From the NCBI RefSeq assembly GCF_009914755.1, contig NC_060929.1: a DNA stretch of 64,000 nt, one strand, 5' to 3'. The position numbers and the translations under genes are program-made. How positions within the stretch are numbered: position 1 is the first letter of the stretch; every line of letters begins with the position of its first letter. This stretch comes from the human T2T-CHM13v2.0 reference genome, Homo sapiens. Of this stretch, positions 54,802-64,000 are shown piece by piece. The notes under the pieces were generated by a model, which saw only the letters and a list, made by a program, of their open reading frames with translations, searched no databases and was not told the DNA's origin.

Positions 54802-56463
54802 GTAAGTAAGATAGCCCTGTCCCTTTCATGTATCCTCACTTTGCTACTTCATAACAGAGAAGTTGAAGCCTAAGAGAGTGATATCAGCAAGATAGGAGAG
54901 AAGGAGATGCCAGCTTTTATCCCTCCAGAAAAAAACAGACAACTATTCACAAACAAAAATAGCCTTGGAAGGGATCCAGGTTTCAATTACAAACCAGCAG
55001 CAAAACAGTGGAGCAAAAACTGGAGAATAACTGCACAGAAGGGATAGCTGGAGAGACTGGCATACTTGAGACATCTGGAGATGGCTAGGTTCAAAGAATA
55101 AGAATGGGGGCTATCAGTATCAGTCAGGTAATGGATGCTACCCTTGTCCCCTGTAACCTGCTTGGCAGAGGACACCAGTAGCTTTCACGACTAAAGTAAC
55201 CTCCAGATAGGGAGATGCTGCTGAGCTCGCTACATTCCCTAAGAAGGAGTCACTGTTATGCCTATATGCTGCCTTTCTCAATCATGTGCGTACTGAAGAT
55301 CCTTAAGCTGTGGCCACCCCAGCATACTTACCCTCCAGATCCTTGCTCTGTAGTCACACCACATGTTCCTTTTCCCCAGACACTGGAGCCACTACTGCTG
55401 CAAACTAGCCTCTCCCTTGGCCTCATAGCTGAGGCCACTCTGTGTGCATCTGTGCTCTGGACCATGGCTCTGCCACCTGAGAGGGTCTATACCTCAGACA
55501 TGGAAGCCACTGCCCACACCTTGGGACCCCATAGTCAATGTCACTCTGCACACACCTCTCCCAGACCCTGCCTCTGTGGCTGCTCCAAGAGTACCAGCAC
55601 TGTAGATACTAGAGCCATCACTACAGCAGGTGTATCTGTGCCCTGATCCCTGGAGCAGCAGTAGACCTGCACATGACCATGCTGCAAACCCCAGAGCCAC
55701 TGTCACTCCACATGTACACAAGCTCCAGCCCCTGACACTGTGGCTACTCCATGAAGGTCCATATCAGACACCAGTGCCACCCTCACTATGAGCATATGTG
55801 CAAGTCGGACTTGGCACCATGAGGGATCTCCTTGGTCATGAATTCCCTTGTGGGAAAAGTAGAGATCAAAAGAATCTCAGTAGCCTTTGTCACCAAAGGT
55901 TCCAACTGCCTTCACCACCACTGTGGATATCCTCAGTCGTGATCACCAAGGACTCCTGTAATCTCTGCTGATGCCAGCTCAGCTGACAGAATCACATGAA
56001 GACTATGCCTCTGCACCCTCACTGGTGCCAGAACTGTTGCACCCTATCCATCTAGCATCTTCACACCAACCTAGAGGTGAAGGTCTTTTCCCACTGAAAC
56101 TAGCCCATAAAGTCTGGAAGACGTGAAAACTCCATTAAATTCATAGATATCTATGTAAGGCAAGAATAACCATGAAAAACCAAGGATATATGTAACTACC
56201 AAAGGAAGAATAATTTTCTAGTAACCAACCACAAAGAAATGCATACCTACAAATTGCCTAACAAACAATTCAAAAATATTTGTTTTAAGGAAGCTTAGTG
56301 AGCTACAAGAAAACTCTAATAGACAACTTAATGACATTAGGAAAATAATATGTGAACAGATGGGAATGATATTAGGAAAACAATACATAAACAGAAGGAG
56401 AAGTTCAATAGAGAGAAATATCATCATGAATGTAATGTATGTATGTATGAATGAATGAATGTA

Positions 56464-56807
56464 TAGTCTTAATGACAGGGATACATTCTGAGAAATGTGT
56501 CATTAGATGATTTGGTCATTGTGCAGACATCATAGAATATACTTACACAAATCTAGATAGTATAGCCTACTACACAACTAGGTTATATGGTATAGCCTAT
56601 TGCTACTAAGCTACTAAATACTGTAGGTATCTGTAACACAATGGTAGGAAATTGTGTGTCTAAACATAGAAAAGATGCAGTAAAAATATGGTTTAAAATA
56701 TTTAAAATGGTACACTAGTATAGGGCAGCTCCATTATAATCTTATGAGACCACCATTTTGAAAACAATTCATCATTGACTGAAATGTTGTTATGTGGCAT
56801 ATGACTG
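56464..56807 (+). mobile_element. Tigger3a (MER7A) nested in L1
   Basis: CTTAATGACAGGGATACATTCTGAGAAATGTGTC ... GCATATGACTG|TA, ~340 bp. Confidence 0.85.
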
Positions 56808-58664
56808 TAATAAAAAAGAACTAAACATAATTCTGGAGTTGAAAAATACGATGAATGAAATGAAAAATATAATAGAGAATGTAAACAGAGGAAAGAATCT
56901 GTGAACTCAATGATAGAGCATTTAAAAATATCCAGTCAGAAAAGGAAAAAAAGAGAATGAAAAGCAATAAATAAATTCTTTATAGGACACCATAAAAAGT
57001 GCTAACTTTCACATCATAGAATTTTCAGAACTAGGAGAGGAGAGAAATGTACAGAAGCTTATTTCAAGAAATAATGGCTGAAAACTTTTCAAATCTGAGG
57101 AAAGATATATACATGAAACTCAAAAGTCTCCAATCAGGTTCAACCCAAAGAAGACTTCAGAAAGACACATTATAATCAAACTGTCAAAAATCAGAGACAG
57201 AGAGAGAATCTTGAAGACAGCAAGAGAAGTTCTCACATGCAAGTGTACCACTATGAGGCTATCAGCGTACTTCTAAGCTAAACCCTCACAGGCCAGGAGA
57301 GAGTGAAATATTATTTTCAATGCACTGAAAGAAAAAAAAAACTGTCAGCCAAGAATACTTATATGGCAAAATTTTCTTTATAAATGAAGGATAAAGACTT
57401 GCCCAGACAAACAAAAGCTGAGTGAGCTCATTATCCCTAGATCTTCCTTACAAGAAATACTAAAGGGAATCCTTCAAGCTGAAGTGAAATGATGCAAATC
57501 ATTAACATAAAAACATATGAAAGCACAAAACTCACTAATAAATGTAAGTATATAGACAAATTCAGAATATTCTAATACAGTAATGGTGATGTATACATCA
57601 CTTACATTTGTAGTCTAAAGGTTAAAAGACAAAACTATTAAAATATAGCTACAATAATTTTTAATAGATACACAGTGTGAAAAGATGTAAATTTTTGACA
57701 TCAAAAACAAAATGGAGGAGGAGACTAAAAGCATAATTTTTATATGCTATCAAAACTCAGTTGTTATCAGCTTAAAACAGACTGTTATAACTGTCAGATG
57801 TCACATATAAGTCTCATAGTAATCAGAAAGCAAAAACCGATAATAGATATACAAAAGATAAAGAAGTCAAAACACATCACTACAAAAAATCATCAAATCA
57901 CAAAGGAAGACAGCCAAGAAAAGAACAAAGAAACAAAGAATCTACAAAATAGTCAGAAAATAATTAACAAAATGGCAATAATAAGTCCTACTATATTAAT
58001 AATGATAAGGAATGTAAATTAGTGAAATTCTCCAATCAAAAGACATAGAATGGCTGAATGAATAATGGATTTTTTTTTTTGAAGAAGAAGACCCACCTAT
58101 ATGCTGCCTAAAATAAGCTCATTTAGCTTTAAGGACACACACAGATTGAAAGCAAAAGGATGTAAAAAATATTCCATGCAAATGGAAACTCAAAAAGAGC
58201 AGGAGTAGCTAGACCTAGGCAAAATAGACTTTCACTTCAAAAACTGCAAAGAGAGAAAAAGAAAGTCAATTCATTAAAATGATATACAATTATAAATATA
58301 TATGCACCCAACAATAGAGTACCTAATATATAATGCAAATATTAATAGGTATAAAGGGAGAACTTGACAGCAATACAATGATAATAGAGGACTTTAGTAT
58401 CTCACTTACAGCAAGATTGATCATCCAGACCAAAATCAATGTGAAAACATTGGACTTTAACTACACTTTCCCTATTGATTTATTCTACGTTAATGCTGCA
58501 AATTCTAGCCAGAGCAGTTAGACAAGGCAAAACAATAAAAGATATCCAAATTTGGCAGGAAGTACAAAATTGTCTGTTTGCAGATGATATGTTCCTATAC
58601 AGAGAAAACTGTAAAGAATACTATTAGGACTAATAAGCAAATTCCGTTTCAGTATACAAAATCA

Positions 58665-59033
<369 letters not shown>

Positions 59034-60523
59034 TTAAAAGGCCAACTTTATTTGTAATTGCATCAAAAAGGATAAAATACTTACGGGGAAAATAAGTCAA
59101 GGAGATGAAAGATCTGTACAATAAAAACTATAAGACATTGAGAAAAGATACTGAAGCAGAGAAAAAACCACATAGAAAGATATCCTGTGTTTGTGGATTG
59201 AAAGAATCAATATTGTTAAGATCTTCATACTACCTAAGATGATTTATAGATTCAATATAATTCCTACCAAAATTCCAATGGTATTTTTCACACAAATAAA
59301 AAAAGCAATTCTAAAATTCATGTGGAACTATGAAAAACCCCAAACAGTGAAAGCATTTTTGAGCAAAAAGAACAAAGCTGGGGCATCAAATTTCCTGATT
59401 TTAAGTTATACTTCAAAGCTATATTAAGCAAAACAGTATGGAACTGGCATAAGAATGGACGCATAGACAAATGAAGCAGCACAGAAAGTCCAGAAATAAA
59501 ATAACTAATTCAAAGAGATATCTGCACTCCCATGTACATTACAGCATTAATCACAATAGCCATGATACAGAAACAATCTGTTTCCATTGACAGACGAATG
59601 GATAAAGAAATTATGGTGTCACACACACATATGTATGTGTGTGTGTGTTTGTGTGTCTAGTAGTAGTAGTAGAATATTATTCAGCCTTGAAAAGGAAGGA
59701 AATCCTGCCAGTTGTGATAAGATGGAGGAACCTGGACAATATTATGCTAAGTTAAATAAGCCAGACACAGAAAGACAAATACTGCAGGATATCACTTATA
59801 TGTGGAATCTAAAACAGTTGAACTCATAGAAGCAGAGAATAGAAGGGTGGTTGCCAGGAGTCAGGGAGTGGGAGAAATGGGGAGATGCTGATCACAGGGT
59901 ACAAAATTACAGTTATAAGATGGCTAGATTTTGCAGACCTAGGTACAGCATGGTGACTGCAGTTATTTTTTTTCTTTTTTTTTTTTACTTGACCATAGTT
60001 ATTAATACTGTATTGTATACTTGACATGTGCTAAGAGAGTAGATCTTAAGTATATGGATATGTTAATTAGCTGACTGCAGCAATCATTTCACAATGTATA
60101 TGTATAGCAAAACATCACATTGTACACTTTAAAATATATACAACTTTAACATGTCAATTATACCTAATTAAGCTGGAGACAAAAGAAAGAAGTAGAAGCC
60201 TAGAAAAAGCAAGAGCAGAGGTCCCAGAGCAGACTACCAAGGCCCCAGTCCCAGTCCAGTGTTGGGGAGGGAAAGGAATTGTAAAAAGCAGACTTCTCTG
60301 CCCAGTTCTTCTCCTCTGAGCCACAGGCATAGAAGCTTTGCTGGAGGGAAAGCCTTAATTAGTACATGAGATTAGCATTTTACACTAAAAACAGGCATTT
60401 ATTAATTAAAAGTGTTCAGATAGTTATAGAATCTATCCAAGATTCAAGAACCTTAATCTCAACAGAGGAGATATTTAACATACCAGTTTAGGCAGTGATT
60501 AGAAAGAAAGGAAATTCCCAGGA

Positions 60524-64000
<3,477 letters not shown>

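Noticed and set aside
55215-55646. 143-aa ORF
   Set aside because: Lies in the GC-richer 5'UTR-like part of the old L1, with no splice or homology support.

Overview
AT-rich primate genomic DNA. A 5'-truncated SVA plus an L1PA2-type element point to a hominid, probably human or African ape. No known protein-coding gene is recognisable. All long ORFs are LINE-1 ORF1/ORF2 remnants or Alu and microsatellite artefacts. Much of the window is transposon-derived: four major L1s, 12 Alu/FLAM copies, one SVA, MaLR/ERVL solo LTRs, Tigger/hAT elements, MIR and L2. Repeat subfamily calls come from remembered consensus motifs, not a RepeatMasker run. The most notable non-repeat signals are: (i) three minus-strand segments with splice-site-like borders (33431-33264, 22786-22727, 21739-21521) that join in frame into a 148-aa orphan ORF, near a CTCF site and overlapped by candidate antisense exons; (ii) a compact PU.1-IRF/C-EBP/NF-kB motif cluster at 44.6-44.9 kb; (iii) two LTRs sharing a triplicated target site; (iv) several fold-back/templated-insertion scars, one bordering an apparently captured ~360-bp fragment.
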